A stretch of 64,000 nucleotides of DNA from Felis catus. Lineage: Eukaryota. A program made the position numbers and the translations under genes. Where the stretch lies: the NCBI RefSeq assembly GCF_018350175.1, contig NC_058368.1, positions 150,166,001 through 150,230,000 on the forward strand, in the 5' to 3' direction. Positions 1-13,130 of the stretch are shown one piece after another. Below the pieces are notes generated by a model. The model did no database searches and had not been told where the DNA came from. It saw nothing but the letters and a program-made list of their open reading frames with translations. Position 1 is the first letter of the stretch. Each line of letters opens with the position of its first letter.

Positions 1-1051
1 TCTTATCAAAACACCAATCTCTCCCAAAATATGCAAGGTCAGAAATCACCTTAGGAAATGAGACTGTGGGCTGCCACAATAGCACCTACAGATGTATTGA
101 ACTACAGGTTAAATCAAGCCATCAATGAATTTAGGTGCCGTGAGAGCCGATATTGTTTTGGCTGATTCTTGCATATACAGAGTGATGTGAAAGATTCATT
201 TGAACGGGATTTTCTCTGCCACTGGCCCTTTTCTTAAACTGTTTATCAAACTAATTTATCAAGTTAATTTCAATGAACTAGATGCCAGTCAGAGCCCTTA
301 AAAAGAGAAAGCAGTAAAAGGAATTTTGAAATGTTGGGATAAAGCGAAATCAAGAGCTGAATGTAGGCAGCATCTCTATAATCATGATGTAGGGTTCATA
401 CAAACCAAGCAATTTCAGGCAGAGAAGACCCAGTTGTCTATGTACGAGCTTCCCATCTTATGTATAACAAAACTATAATGTTCAGGAAGCAGTTAAGCTC
501 CCTGAATTGATTTAAAATATTTTCCCGTGTGGAGACAGAACATTTTTTAGGAAAAAAAAAGTCTACCAAATGATCTTACTAAAGCATGGTACATATCTAG
601 CTTTGGTGGACTTGCTCATAATGCTGGCAATGCTTACTAAGGAGTCAAGCAGGAAAGAAATGTTGCTTTCGATTAACCTCAACCAAAACCTAAAGGTTGT
701 TTGTTACTGTAGGTGAGATTATAGAGCAGAGAGATTGATTCCCCACTACAAATAGAGATCTGTAAAATAGTATTGATGTTTTATTTTATTTTTCTATTAC
801 AGATGTTCTTGTTGATGGTGTTATAAAAAGGATAGCATGATCATATCTAACATAAGCAGAAATGTCAATGTGTAGCCATGGAAACAGCCTGGCAAGCCAG
901 TGGTAACCTACCCTTCATGTGGATTATTTTTCTTCTAAATGACTCCTTGGACAACAAATGTATAAACATACAACTATCAAAAATATAAAAATCAGACATG
1001 TGTAGATTGAAAACAGTGCTACCCCAAATTCACAACTCAACTCGAATGCCT

Positions 1052-1315
1052 CAGGTCACAAATTCATGCCTCCAGGGATAGTATAAAAGAACAAACTACC
1101 TTGGCAAGAACTCCTGGCAGATGGATAACTGGGACCTGCTTGGAAGAAGCAGTTCTACCTGGCTCCAGAGGTTCATTACTTCAGGGGGATGTCAGCCCAG
1201 AACGACACACTTTCTGATTTTCCAAAAAATCAGGAAATTAGGTTTGTATGTAAAATCATGTAATTTTTAATCTTGTCCGCTTATTTTAATTTTAAAACAT
1301 TTATACACCAAACAA
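1052..1315 (+). mobile_element. MER102-like hAT-Charlie DNA transposon fossil
   Basis: Decayed match to recalled MER102 blocks: 'caggtcacaaattcatgcctccaggg', 'ggggatgtcagcccag...tctgattttccaaaaaatcaggaaatt...gtatgtaaaatc...ttttaaaaca'. Confidence 0.55.
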
Positions 1316-1979
1316 GTTTTATGTGTTTATGTTTTTCAGGGAGAAGCCAGTCTCTGGCCCAATTTTATATCTGGGCCAATGGACTATCAATTTCATCTGA
1401 TTGATTTACTGATTGAGATTTAGTTGCATCTATATATTCATTTACTTTCTTTGGATTGATTATATAAAGCCCAACGGGTTGGCTTCAAAAGAGAGACTCA
1501 GAATTTTTAGGTAATCGGCAAATGAGCTGAACTTTATCTCTTTATGGAAGCTTTAGAAGAACTTTAAATAGGTAATTTAGGATTTAATTTTGTTCACAGA
1601 GTAAACAATTGAGTGAATTATGAAACTGGAAATTGTGAATCCATCATTTAAACCAGTTAACTTAGTCTCAAAAGTATCTGATTATTTCACGTAGAATACA
1701 CTATTTTGGTTTTCTGTAGAACCTAGTTCACTGAATATATACTCTTGTTCTACATAGGTACAAGATAACGGTCTGAAGAGACCATAGCCTAGGGCAGTTT
1801 GGATTTGGTTTACAAATATTTTAAAGATGTCAGAAATACCCCAGAGTTGTGCAAGGGCCAGAGATTAAGAGATTCAATCTAGAAAAGAAAAAAGAAATCC
1901 CACTAATGATATGAGGAATTGGACAAAGGATGACATTAATGATACCCACTTATATTTTGCTCTGACAGTTCATTTGAGA

Positions 1980-2006
1980 TGTGTGTGTGTGTGTGTGTGT
2001 GTGTGT
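1980..2006. repeat. (TG)n microsatellite
   Basis: Perfect dinucleotide run of about 13 units. Confidence 0.97.
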
Positions 2007-3049
2007 AATGTATTTCTTTGAAAATAGAAATATCTTTCTGAAGGAAGGCTTAGTTTTTTTATGACCAAAGCATAACTGATGCAGCTTAAATAAGCAATAA
2101 TTGGTGTTGGTAAAAACGTGTTTGAATTTTAATTAGAAAGTTGGAAAATTCTGATGTTTAAAAGAAAAATATGAATTTACCAACATGAGGACTTCTTCCA
2201 ATACTTCAAATTGGGGTTCTTATATTGAAAACAATAATTACTGTCATCGTTATTATTATTAACCAATGAAGTATTTTGTCTGCAAATGTTTCTGTTGGGA
2301 TTAAGTTACATGAAGAAATGTTTTTTAGAGAAAGATCTGGTACCAGTTAATTAACTATGTGCTCTGATTTTTTAAAAATAATCTTTATGGAAATAGAGAA
2401 GCTTAATAAAAGGCAACTGTTACTGATTAACCTAAATATTCTTTCTTAGTAGAAGTTTTAAATTTAGGATTCTTTAATTAGAAGCTAAGAAATTACCGGT
2501 CTACCTTCTGAACAATATATTCCTGAATCAGTAGAAGAAAAAGAATTGCATGATATCAAAGCAAGTGTACTATCAGTTATCCATTAATTTTTATTCTGTA
2601 CTTTGGAACGGATATGAAATTAAAAATTAATAAATTAAAGGAAAGAAGTTGCCAATAAACAAATAATGGAAGGTCATGGTTTCCAAAATTTCACCAACTT
2701 TATTCTAAATATTTGATATGCCAATTGCATCATTTCCCAAGACAGTTCTGAAACTTAGGGGAATTTTAAGGAGACATTGATTAGAATTAACATATACATA
2801 TAATATCACTTATAGAAAATCCATGTGGATGTTGCTAAATGTACACTTATGAGGATTACTTTCATGGAAAGCCAATGAGCAACTATGAAAGAAAGGAAAT
2901 TATTTGAAACCATGAAAGCCATACTTAGGCAACCATAAGGCACCACAAAGAAATCTCTTTTTTTCTAAATGCCTTCTAGGAAAACAGTGTCCAGGAATTA
3001 GATCCGATCTTCTTTCCCTGCCCTGGCTTTCTTGAGGTCTAACTAACAG

Positions 3050-3143
3050 ACAAAAAAACTGCACACACACTTAATGCATACAATTTTATGAGTTTAGACA
3101 CATGCATACACTTGTGATACCATCACCACAATCAAGATAATAA
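3050..3143 (-). mobile_element. Short old L1 3'-end fragment
   Basis: 'aactgcac...tacaattttatgagtttagacacatgcatacacttgtgataccatcaccacaatcaagata' is the typical antisense L1M 3' terminus. Confidence 0.6.
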
Positions 3144-4249
3144 CCGTTGGATCTAGTGTTTGTAGCATCTTTGATAAGGATAGGCAGCTTTGTAGAAAAG
3201 CTTAAGTTGCTTTAAATATTTTTATGTCTTAAGAGTATTGGAAAATATATTACATTATGTGAGGGAGATCAGAGTGACCAGAGTGAAGATGTGACAATTA
3301 TTAGGAAAATATTGGAAATGATAAATACTCTTCAGTCAGTGGCAACTGCAGTGAAGAACATTGACCTCTTATTTGTGAAGTTTGCAAAGTATGTTCCAGA
3401 AAACAAAGAGAAAATCAAAAGCAAACAAAAATACCTATCAGATGTATTCCAGCATTTTTAGCCATCTCCATTCTTATTAAAAAAAGTGAAAAGTGGAGAA
3501 TATCCTTGACAATGGAAAGCATTTTATGCCTGACATGCATTGTATCACTTAAATATTATGAATCCTGTCAATGCCTGTAATCAGTTCTCACATACATACG
3601 TGAGGATTCACATCGTTTCATGATTAGAACACTACATATTAGCATGCATTTTGGAAAACATTATTGCATTTGGGCTCCAAAAGTGAAAATCCTTGGAATT
3701 TGAAACTACATATGCCAAAATCATCTTGGTCAAAAGATTCACAATATCCATTGTGAAATATATAAAATATGTTTAACATAAAATAATCTCCATTTCAAAT
3801 AAAGCAGATACATATCAATATTAAGAAAGCAAAGAGCTGAGCCTAATGTTGGAGATCTCCCACTGACACGTCACTCCCTAGTAAGATATAACCACTGAAG
3901 GATGATCACATGAGACTTAACAAAGGGCCACATATGGCCCTGGGTTTAGTTATTAATGTACTGAATTATGTTTTTATTCTAATTGTTTCTTCTTTACTCT
4001 TCTATGCTTAAGGGATATGCTCATATAAATGACTGCAAGATAAATAAAGCTGACAAACACAAGTGACTGTATCTTTTGGCATTAAGATAATTATAGATCA
4101 TTACATGGTAGGAATAGTCAATAGCCCCAAAGTAATATGATTAAATAAAGCACTTTAAAACTGTAATTCACCTAGCCTTTTTAATATTTTACTATTTCTT
4201 CTTTGTTGCTCCAAAGCTATGAATTTTAAGATTTATTTGTCACTACTCT

Positions 4250-4458
4250 CTATATTTTCTGCTGTACACACTATTTGTGGGCTATGGCAACCAATCCCCT
4301 TGGGCTTGCTTTTGCTTTAATTTGCATAAACACAGGCATCATATGAATATTCAGTGAGTGGCTTTGCATTAAGTAAGTGCCCTTAATCAGCTTTTCAGTT
4401 CAGTTTTATTGGTTGCACGCACAGTCAGTTATTTCATCCAGAAAATCTGAAGGCCCTA
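4250..4458 (-). mobile_element. Ancient interspersed element, MER121-like, copy A
   Basis: Minus strand starts TAGGGCC and contains CAACCAAT, TGAATATTCATA..TGTTTATGCAAATTA and TTGGTTGCCATAG; it is colinear with copy B; family name from recalled consensus. Confidence 0.55.
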
Positions 4459-4589
4459 CAAACTAACCAGGTAAGGATTGTAATTCCTTGATGCATTTAA
4501 TGAAAGAATATTATCATTTGATTACATAGGTTCTGGAGAATGCTAAAAGCATGGTGGGTTTTTTTTTCCCTGTGTTTTTTTCTTCCCTT

Positions 4590-4750
4590 GGTGGTCAGGT
4601 GGGTGCATGATTCTCTAATTTGCATAAACATCAGATCTATGAATAATTCATCAGGGTTATTTTAAACACTAGGCTTCTACTTTGGATGGCACTAGGGTAC
4701 CGCCATTTGATTGGCTGAACGCTGTTTTCATCACCAGCAGAATTCCTATA
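4590..4750 (-). mobile_element. Ancient interspersed element, MER121-like, copy B
   Basis: Minus strand GGAATTCTG..GATGAAAAC..CAGCCAATCAAA..ATGAATTATTCATAGATCTGATGTTTATGCAAATTA; shares ordered blocks with copy A. Confidence 0.55.
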
Positions 4751-5995
4751 ACATGAAAGCACCTAAAGGGGCTGAATTGAATATACAGTATTTGTTTTTT
4801 GAAAAATGTCTGTTATCTTTTCAAAGCAAATTGTGCTCTTCTCTCCCTCCCTAACATTAGAACTTGTAGCTTTTCATGATAAATACATTACAAGCTCAAA
4901 TGTGGCTACCGTTTGTAGACTTGACCGGTATCTATGATTTCTGGAGAATGGGGTAGCAGCTGTATTCTTCTAAACATGCATAAACATGAGCGACATGTAA
5001 ATAAGAAACTGTCACATGCATATGGAGCCCTGAACAGCTCCATCGCTAGGATCCATCTATTTCTCTTTATCAGAATATTCTCTGAATAGATAACTTTGAG
5101 GCTCTTTCATCAATTTTAAAATGCCATGGACAATTATGGCACTGTATATGCATATAGTAAGCATATATGATCTGACAAATTATTTCTCGTGTAATATTTA
5201 ATTTATAGTTTCCTCTCAGCCCACCTACAGATTTTTAAATTTAGTAGTTCCTTGCCATACGATAGTGACAGGAAAACTGTTAATTAAGAATGACCAGCTA
5301 ATTAATTAAGATATTAGGGTGTAACTCACTCCCACGATTTACTAAAAATAAATTATGCCTGTATGCTTGTGGAGATGAGGAACACGCAGGTTTACACCAT
5401 TCTTTGTTAGTTACTTGAACATTAGCCATTTGCATTTCTGGTCTCAGAGTCCTCACTGACAAGATTCTCACTGTAAGCATTTGTGATCTTGAAACATTAC
5501 AGAAATAGGGGATTGGGGGATGGTATAAATTGAATTTACTCTTTGGCACATTCCATTTTTGTTTTCCTACTTCATACAGGAATGTATCACAAATAAGATG
5601 TTGAACAATTACTGTTATGAAAGGTATAGTGAATGACATGTATAATCAGTCTGTGTAATCAACTAAAAAGTACTTCAAGTTCATTGTATTTTCTATATAT
5701 TATATGGATAAAAATACCAAAGGCATCCTTAACAACTAACAAAAAAGGCTGAAAATTTCTCAGGGTTTCATAGGTTCACCACATAATTTTTTAAGTTTAC
5801 TCTAAATCAATATTACACTGTATTATTTTTCAGTCTTTTTATAAACAGTATTCAAATATGAGCTTCATATGATGCTGAAGCTGAAGAAAAATGAAAACCT
5901 TTTCATTTCCTTTTCTAGCTCTCTATAAAGCTAATGATAGTGTTGGGCTAGTTTCCATTTCTCTTTATTTGAATTATTTGTAGTTAGATGAGGGT

Positions 5996-6145
5996 CTTTC
6001 TTTCTTTTCTCTCTCTCTCTCTCTTCCTTCCTTCTTTCCTTCCTTCCTTCACTCCCTCCTTCCTTCCCTTCTTCTTTCCTCCCTCTCTTCCTTCCTTTTT
6101 TTCTCTCCCTTCCTCCCTCCCTTTCTCTCTCTTTCTTTCCTTCTC
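5996..6145. repeat. Polypyrimidine (CT/CCTT) low-complexity tract
   Basis: About 150 nt almost entirely C/T on the plus strand. Confidence 0.95.
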
Positions 6146-8269
6146 TATATCTTTAGAATCAATACACTAAAAAAATATTTTTGAGATAATATTCCTTCAA
6201 TCAGAATCAACTTTCATAAGCAAATTTGACATATTTATTATTTTACCTGTTGACAAAATACTTTATAATAAATGATATGGAAAAAGGAATTCAAAACAAA
6301 ACTTGTTTAAAATGAGATAAAATTGCAAATATCTCTCAGAATTCCATGTACTTATATTAGCAATTTTGTTTTGCATTTAATTATAAATAATAATATTAAT
6401 CTCACATCTACAGTGTGCTATATTTAATTAAATCTTGCAGGATTCAGTATGGATCCTGTTTATTTAATTATCAGCCATTAAATGTTTACAGCTATAATAA
6501 AGAGCAAGCAATCTTTACTATACTATATAGAGATTATAGATTTGGAACTAATTAACCAAACATTCTCATTCAAGTGATGCTCATTCTACTGAATACTTTT
6601 CATGTGAAATCAGCTAAACTTACATTTCTTCAATATTTAGTCCTTTCACTTGTTTCAAAACAATCAAAATTATTTTCTAAACAAGAAATTAATAGTTATG
6701 ATTTCAGAAGAGATCTTATCCTTCTTTCGATCTATGACAGCATGTTTGTAATTCTATTTTAGGTACATATAATTTTGTGCTTTTACCCTTTATATTATTT
6801 GGAATAATAACTGAAGCTCTTTTGAAGAAAACATATTTTAAATGAAGTTGGAAACCACCAAGATAGTGAATGACCACAGGATTTACCTTTCATTTCAGTA
6901 AGAGGTTCTTCCTAGAAGGGCAGCAGGCATCTTGTATTGCATAAGCTTTGTATAAAGAAAACAAAGCATTTGTTTTAAATTTTGGAAAGTAATCATCACA
7001 AAAATATAATTAAAATTATAATACATTACATTCCTAAGGAAGAAAAATAATTTATATCTTTCAAATAGTCTCATTTCATGTAGTGCTTTTATATTTTTAG
7101 ACATCTAAGAAGAAAAGCAGTTAGGTATATGTTTATACTGTCATTTAAAAGACATTTTTCATTAAAAAAAAGATTTTTTAACATCTGATCACTCTGTATT
7201 TTGTGGATAAAAAACAAACATTCAGATACTATTATCTGTAATGTTTCCATCCTCAATGTAATCTTCTGATTAAAATTGTCAGAAAATTGTCCAAAAATTG
7301 TTTTCATAGGATTTAAGCTATTAAAGCTGTGTATATGTCATTACTAAATCAATTGGTAGTTAAGGAAAATTGCAACCAACCAGTGCTTTGATCTATATAA
7401 AATAAAACCTGGATTGGTCTACTTAAGTTGAAGCCTTAAACTTATCTGTACAAGGAACACTTGGCTGTACAGAAGTTTTGGAACTGAATATCACCTTAAG
7501 GCAAGAGATATCAATTATCTTTTACAGATCCCCTAGCAAGTTCATGCATCCTTATAAAAGACTGAATGTTCTCAATAAATCTAGGATGTCCTTTAGGAGT
7601 TCTTAGTCTAATTGACATGACCCATATACAAATCTCTCCACCCAGTGTCACTCTTCTCCAAGGAACCCAATCATTCACATTGGCAAATATACTTGAAATT
7701 TTCTTTTCATTTTCCTGAAATAATACTGTTTAAATCTAGACAGAATAGACTAAGTCTTGTTTAATAACACTGTGTGTGAGTTATCCCATTAAGTTTCTTA
7801 GTATAGAGGAGGCCAAGGAGGAGGAAAGGAGATGACAAATTGGCTTACTTTTGAGTTCTCTTATTCTGATTGGAGTTCCCCTCAACTACTCTGGTGGCTT
7901 GACTCTATTGGTTAAAATTTGTATACTCAATATTTTAATGGGTAGGGTTTGCAAAGTTATTGGGTAATGAATTCATAGCTATTCTTATAATATAGTCCTT
8001 GTCATATTTAGGTTATCAGCCAATATCAATAAAGATGCTTCTGGCTTAGGTAGTATATATTTTTATTAAATTTTAAGTTCAGACTTTGTTTGCAATTTCC
8101 TAAGTACCACTGACCCAGTGGCACTCTGAACTTAGTGCTGAGGAGAGCAAAAAGTATTTATAACTAAAATTCTATTTTAAAGGTTATTTTTGAGGGAACT
8201 AAAACATTTTCAGTCTTCTATCATACCATTTATGAAGGACATATATGATATATTGAGAATCTTCCTGGG

Positions 8270-9020
8270 ATGACTACTTAAAATAGAGCTGTAAGGAGAA
8301 ATTTTAACAAGAGGCTCTTTTAGGATTATCATGTGTTCTCTTATTTGTTAGCATAGTGTATTACATTTATAAATTTTTTTTTATCGTGACTCTTGAACAA
8401 ATTACTCTGGATTCAAAGAGTACTATATCCAGTGTTTTTGCATTTCCAATTTTAAGTGAGGCTGGTTAAAAAAACTGGGTTTTTTTTGTCAAGTTTTAGT
8501 ATCAAAATTATATTAACCTTATAAAATGTGTTGAGCAGATTTCCTCTTTTCTCTGACACAGGTTGTATATGAATTATCAATTTCTTCAAGTTTTGCAAAA
8601 ATGCCTATAAATGTAACTGGGCCAGGCATCTTTTGAGGGGAATGTTTTTTTCTTCTTGATTCAAGTTCTGGAGTGGTAGTGATCAATTGGGTTATTTCTT
8701 CCTGTGTGTATTTCGATCATTTATATTTTTTCTAGAAAAAGGTTCTTTGCACCTAACTTTCAACTTCATTAACATGAACTTTTTCATTGCATTTTCTTAT
8801 GATTTATAAAATGTGTACTATATGTGTGACATGTCCCTTTTTACATTTTGTATTTTATCTATTTGTGATATTCTATTTTTTTCCCTTGGTCACTCTTGCA
8901 AGTAAGTGGTTTATCTGTTATCAATACTTTCAAGAAGTAGTTTGGGGTCATCTATATCATTTCCTTCTCTTTAATTTCATTCATTTCTATTTTTATAGCT
9001 TTGTGACCTTTAGTTCCTGA
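8270..9020 (-). mobile_element. Highly decayed L1M ORF2 fragment
   Basis: T-rich antisense L1-like motifs, e.g. 'aatgcctataaatgtaactgggccaggcatctttt' and 'cttggtcactcttgcaagtaagtggtttatc'. Confidence 0.45.
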
Positions 9021-9439
9021 GAAATTGTTGCAAAGCTTTGCTCTAGCTTCAAAATTCTGTGGTTCTATAAAAAGTTATCCTATGTTTAGAAGCCAATGGA
9101 ACACTCATACAAACAGAAAATGGAGTGGGATGCTATTACTAATTTGGTGAACTTATTTTTTATGTAGAAACCTTTTATCCTAAATAATCATAACCAGACC
9201 ATTTCATAGGGCCATCAGTAGACTTTAACCTTGGAGGCAATCTACTTGGAAAGACACCTATTCTGCTATCCTGATAACATGATTTTTCTTAGTGACTTTT
9301 TAAAAACTGTACCATTTCATTTTGACAAGAGCTCAAATAGTCCACAAAATAGTATTTGAAATATGTTGCGCTCACAATTAAACACAATTACCTTAATTTC
9401 TTAGAAAGTATTTGTGAAAAGTTCACAATGCAATACACA

Positions 9440-9674
9440 TTTTATTTATTTTTAATTTTTACAATAACATTTATTTACTTTTGAGAGAGAGAAAGAGACA
9501 GAGTATGAGCAGGGGAGGGGCAAAGAGAAGGGAAACACAGAATCTGAAGGAGGCTCCAGGCTCTGAGCTGTCAGCACAGAGCCCAATGTGATGCGAGCCT
9601 CGAACCCACGAACTGTGAGTTCATGACCCAAGCTGAAGTTGGACACCCAACCAACTGAGTTATCCAGGCGCCCT
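9440..9674 (-). mobile_element. Can-SINE (feline SINEC)
   Basis: T-rich tail, (GA)n, 'ggctccaggctctgagctgtcagcacagagccc', end 'ccaggcgccc'; degenerate TSD tgcaaYacaca at 9429-9439 and 9675-9685. Confidence 0.95.
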
Positions 9675-10137
9675 TGCAACACACAATTGTTTTAGACTCA
9701 CACAGAAGATCACTAATCTACTTGGGATTTTGTGTTTTACTTTCTCCATTTTGTGAGTGGACCACTAACACAAAATTATCTTAAAATCAGATAAAGCTAA
9801 TGAAAAAGTGCATCAGTATTCTACTCTGCTTGCTTTGATAGTATTTTCTTAGTAAAATCCAATTCATGCCCTTGGTATTTTAACATTAAATTAAATTCTC
9901 AGTTAATAAATAGACACACATAAAAATCACAGGCTGAATTTTTACTTGTTTCAAGAGTTGGTTTTTGTTCGCTTATGTGATTGCTTAGTTGCCTGTTCAA
10001 AAATTCTTCTAGAATGAACTGGTATGAATACCAACGTTTATTCTTCCCTCTAAGCCTGGTAACATGATAAGTCATTTGGTTTAAACAAATGCTGCAGTCA
10101 AAGCTACCTGTTGGAAATATTTTAAGTTCCATACACA

Positions 10138-10336
10138 TTTATTTTTTAATTTTTAAGTTTATTTATTTATTTTTAAGAGAGAGAGGCAAGGGAAGAGAGA
10201 AAGGGGGACAGAGAATTGGAAGCAGGCCCTGTGCTGTCAGCAGAGAGCCCAGTGTGGGGCTCGAACTCACAAACCGTTAAGATCATGACCTGAGCCGAAG
10301 GCAGATACTTAACGGACTGAGCCAGCCAGGTGCCCC
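10138..10336 (-). mobile_element. Can-SINE
   Basis: 'gggctcgaactcacaaacc...agatcatgacctgagccgaag...ccaggtgcccc' plus T-rich tail. Confidence 0.93.
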
Positions 10337-11794
10337 AACTACAGAAATATAATGAAATAAATTCCAAAAATAAAATAAGAACTTTCTGGAGAAAAGGTGT
10401 TTTATAGAATATAGTAACCTTGTGGAATATGGTAACCTTGACTGACAGCTATGACATTAGAATTTTGTCATCAGTTATAGCCTCCTTACACTTTTCAAAA
10501 TTTATACTATATGAATTTGACCTACTTTAGTTAATTTTTTAAAAAGGCTCTGATTAATTTATCTGCTTTTAAAATGTAAGTAAATTTGAGAAGAGGAAAA
10601 TAATTATTCCAATGCTAGTGCTATATACAAGTGGTCAAACATGTAGGAAAAACTTTATTTTAAATACAAATCATACATTACTGAGATATGTTTTAGCCAT
10701 GATTATTTTCATTCCAATGTGATCAATTTTACATTTCCTTCTTAACATGATTTCAAGAGCAACTTTCTACTTATTTCAAGGTCTGTAAATTGTTTAGTTC
10801 AATATCTCGTTCCCAGATATTTGTATCAAAATATGTCTGAGCTTGCACCTATATTTTCACATTAAATTAGACCATTAAACCTAACTTCAAATACCCAACT
10901 CAGTGATTCTTTTTCTCTGAGACTACCCAAATTCCTTTGCCACCAATTTTGAAGTCTACTGGTTACAGTGAGAAGAATTTTGCCTACCAACAGACTATTT
11001 TAATAAGTCACATAAAGTACCCTGGAGAGAATCTGATTTCACACAGAACAGAGAATAAAGTCTCAATAGTGGTTGTTTCTTGATATCTCTGAGACAATAA
11101 ATGATGTTTTAAAAGTAGTAATATCAAGATTTGGGGAGTTTTTACTTATAATTAACTTACCATACCTTTGTGCAACCTGATAGGATTTTTACTTGATGGC
11201 AGATTTGTGTGACATAGTGGAACAAGCTCGGAAGAGAGTCAAATCCCATACCAAATCTTGCAATTATATAAGGACTCTCCTGGAAAAGAGTTCTCATTCT
11301 TTTATAAGTACAATGCAGTATTATATTACCAGTATTTATATTTTATAAATAAAGCATAGAATGCCTTCTATCTTCCTGGTTTTTTTCTTTGAAAAATAAA
11401 CAATAAATAACTTCCTCTAAGTACTGAGCTTCACGTGAGGCAATCTGTTAAAGGGCAGTCACAATAAAAAAAAATAATAATAAAAACATTGCTTAGAAAT
11501 ACTTTCTTCTTTATGTCAAAATTTGTAGGTTTTTTCTCTTTATGTTACCAGAAACATAGAAGAATCTTGTATTAAGTGTTCATCTGCTTCTTCTGTTCTT
11601 GTCCACCTAACAGGTTAGTCTTTGATAATTGTATAAAATAAATTTTACTGAGGCTGATTATAATATGCCAAACAATAGATGCAAGCATGAGAAGAGAATA
11701 TGAAGCAATAGCAGATGATGAATTTTTAAAAAATCAAAAAACATCCCTTTCATCTAAATGCCTAGGGGAGGGTGTGGGGAGAGAGAAAGGAAAG

Positions 11795-13065
11795 AATATT
11801 GCATTATCTACATGCAAAATAATGAAGTGGATGTTATCTTACAAAAATTAACTCAAATGGATTAAAAACCTAAATGTAAGACCAAAAACTATAAAACTCT
11901 TAGAAGAAAACATAGGGATAAAACTTGATGACATTGGATTTTACAAATATTTCTTCGATATGACACCAAAAGCACAGGTAACAAATTCAACATAAACAAC
12001 ACTACATCAACCTTAAAACCTTCATGCACATCGGAGGATAATCAACCAACTGAAAAAGAAGCCTATGGAATGGGAGAAAATACTTGCGATCAGATATCTT
12101 ATAAGGATTTAATACCCAGAATATATAAAAAGCCGCTACAACTCAACAACAAAAAACAAATCATCTGATTTTAAAATGGACAAAAAACTTGAATAGACAT
12201 TGCTTTACATAAAATAAACAAATGGTTAAGAAACGTATGAAGGGATCCTTAATATCACTAATCATTGAAGAAATGCCAACCAAATTGACAATAAGATAAT
12301 ACCTCACACCCATTAGGATGGCTAATATCAGAAGAACAGAAAATAACAAATGCTGGAGAAGATGTGGAAATATAGGAGCACTTGTGCACTGTTGGTGGGA
12401 TTGTAAAAAGTGCAACCTCTACAGAAAACAATAAGGCAGTTTCTTAAAAAATTAAAATTACCATGTGATCCAGAAATCCTTACATTTCTAAAAGAAGTGT
12501 AAGTAGGGTCACAAAGAGATATTTGTATATCTACATTCATAGCAACGTTATTCACAGAAGCAATCCAAATCCAAACTCTATCAATGGACGAAGAGACAGA
12601 CAAAATGTGGTATATACACATATATATGTACCCACATCTATACATATAACCTATGTATATACATACACGATGGAATGTTATTTAGACTTAAAAAGAATAG
12701 ATACCCTTTTACATGCTGCAACATGGATAAACCTTGAGGACACTACACTAAGTGAAATAAGCTAATCACAAAAAAAGTCTATACTACACGACTCCACTAA
12801 TACGAGGCATCTAAAGTCGTCAAATTCATAGAAAGAAAAAGTAGAATGGTAGTCACCTGTGGCTGTGGAGAGGAAGAAACAGGGGCATTTTTGCTCAACA
12901 GGAATCGTGTCAGTTTTGCAAGACGATAGGGTTCTAGAGCTCTGTTGCACTGCGCAGTAATGTGAATAGACTTAACGCTACTGAGCTATACACTTAAAAA
13001 TGGTTAAGACGGTCAATTTTATGTCACGTGTTTTTTGTTTTTTGTTTTTACCGCAATTAAAAATT
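11795..13065 (+). mobile_element. Old 5'-truncated L1 (L1MA/L1MB-like), ORF2 end and 3'UTR
   Basis: 'aactcaaatggattaaaaacctaaatgtaagacc', 'tacctcacacccattaggatggcta', 3' end 'cacttaaaaatggttaagacggtcaattttatg'. Confidence 0.88.
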
Positions 13066-13130
13066 TTCAAGAGGTTTAATAACTCAACCCAAATTATGCC
13101 AAACTTTTCACTATTAAGAAAGAAGGGTTT

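Noticed and set aside
5298..5639. 113-aa minus-strand ORF
   Set aside because: No recognisable homology or convincing exon structure
5988..6170. Ser/Leu/Pro/Phe-rich ORF
   Set aside because: Translation of the polypyrimidine tract
10407..10440. Short tandem duplications here and at 47288-47321 and 15865-15884
   Set aside because: Two-copy slippage duplications; no array or spacer structure, so not CRISPR-like
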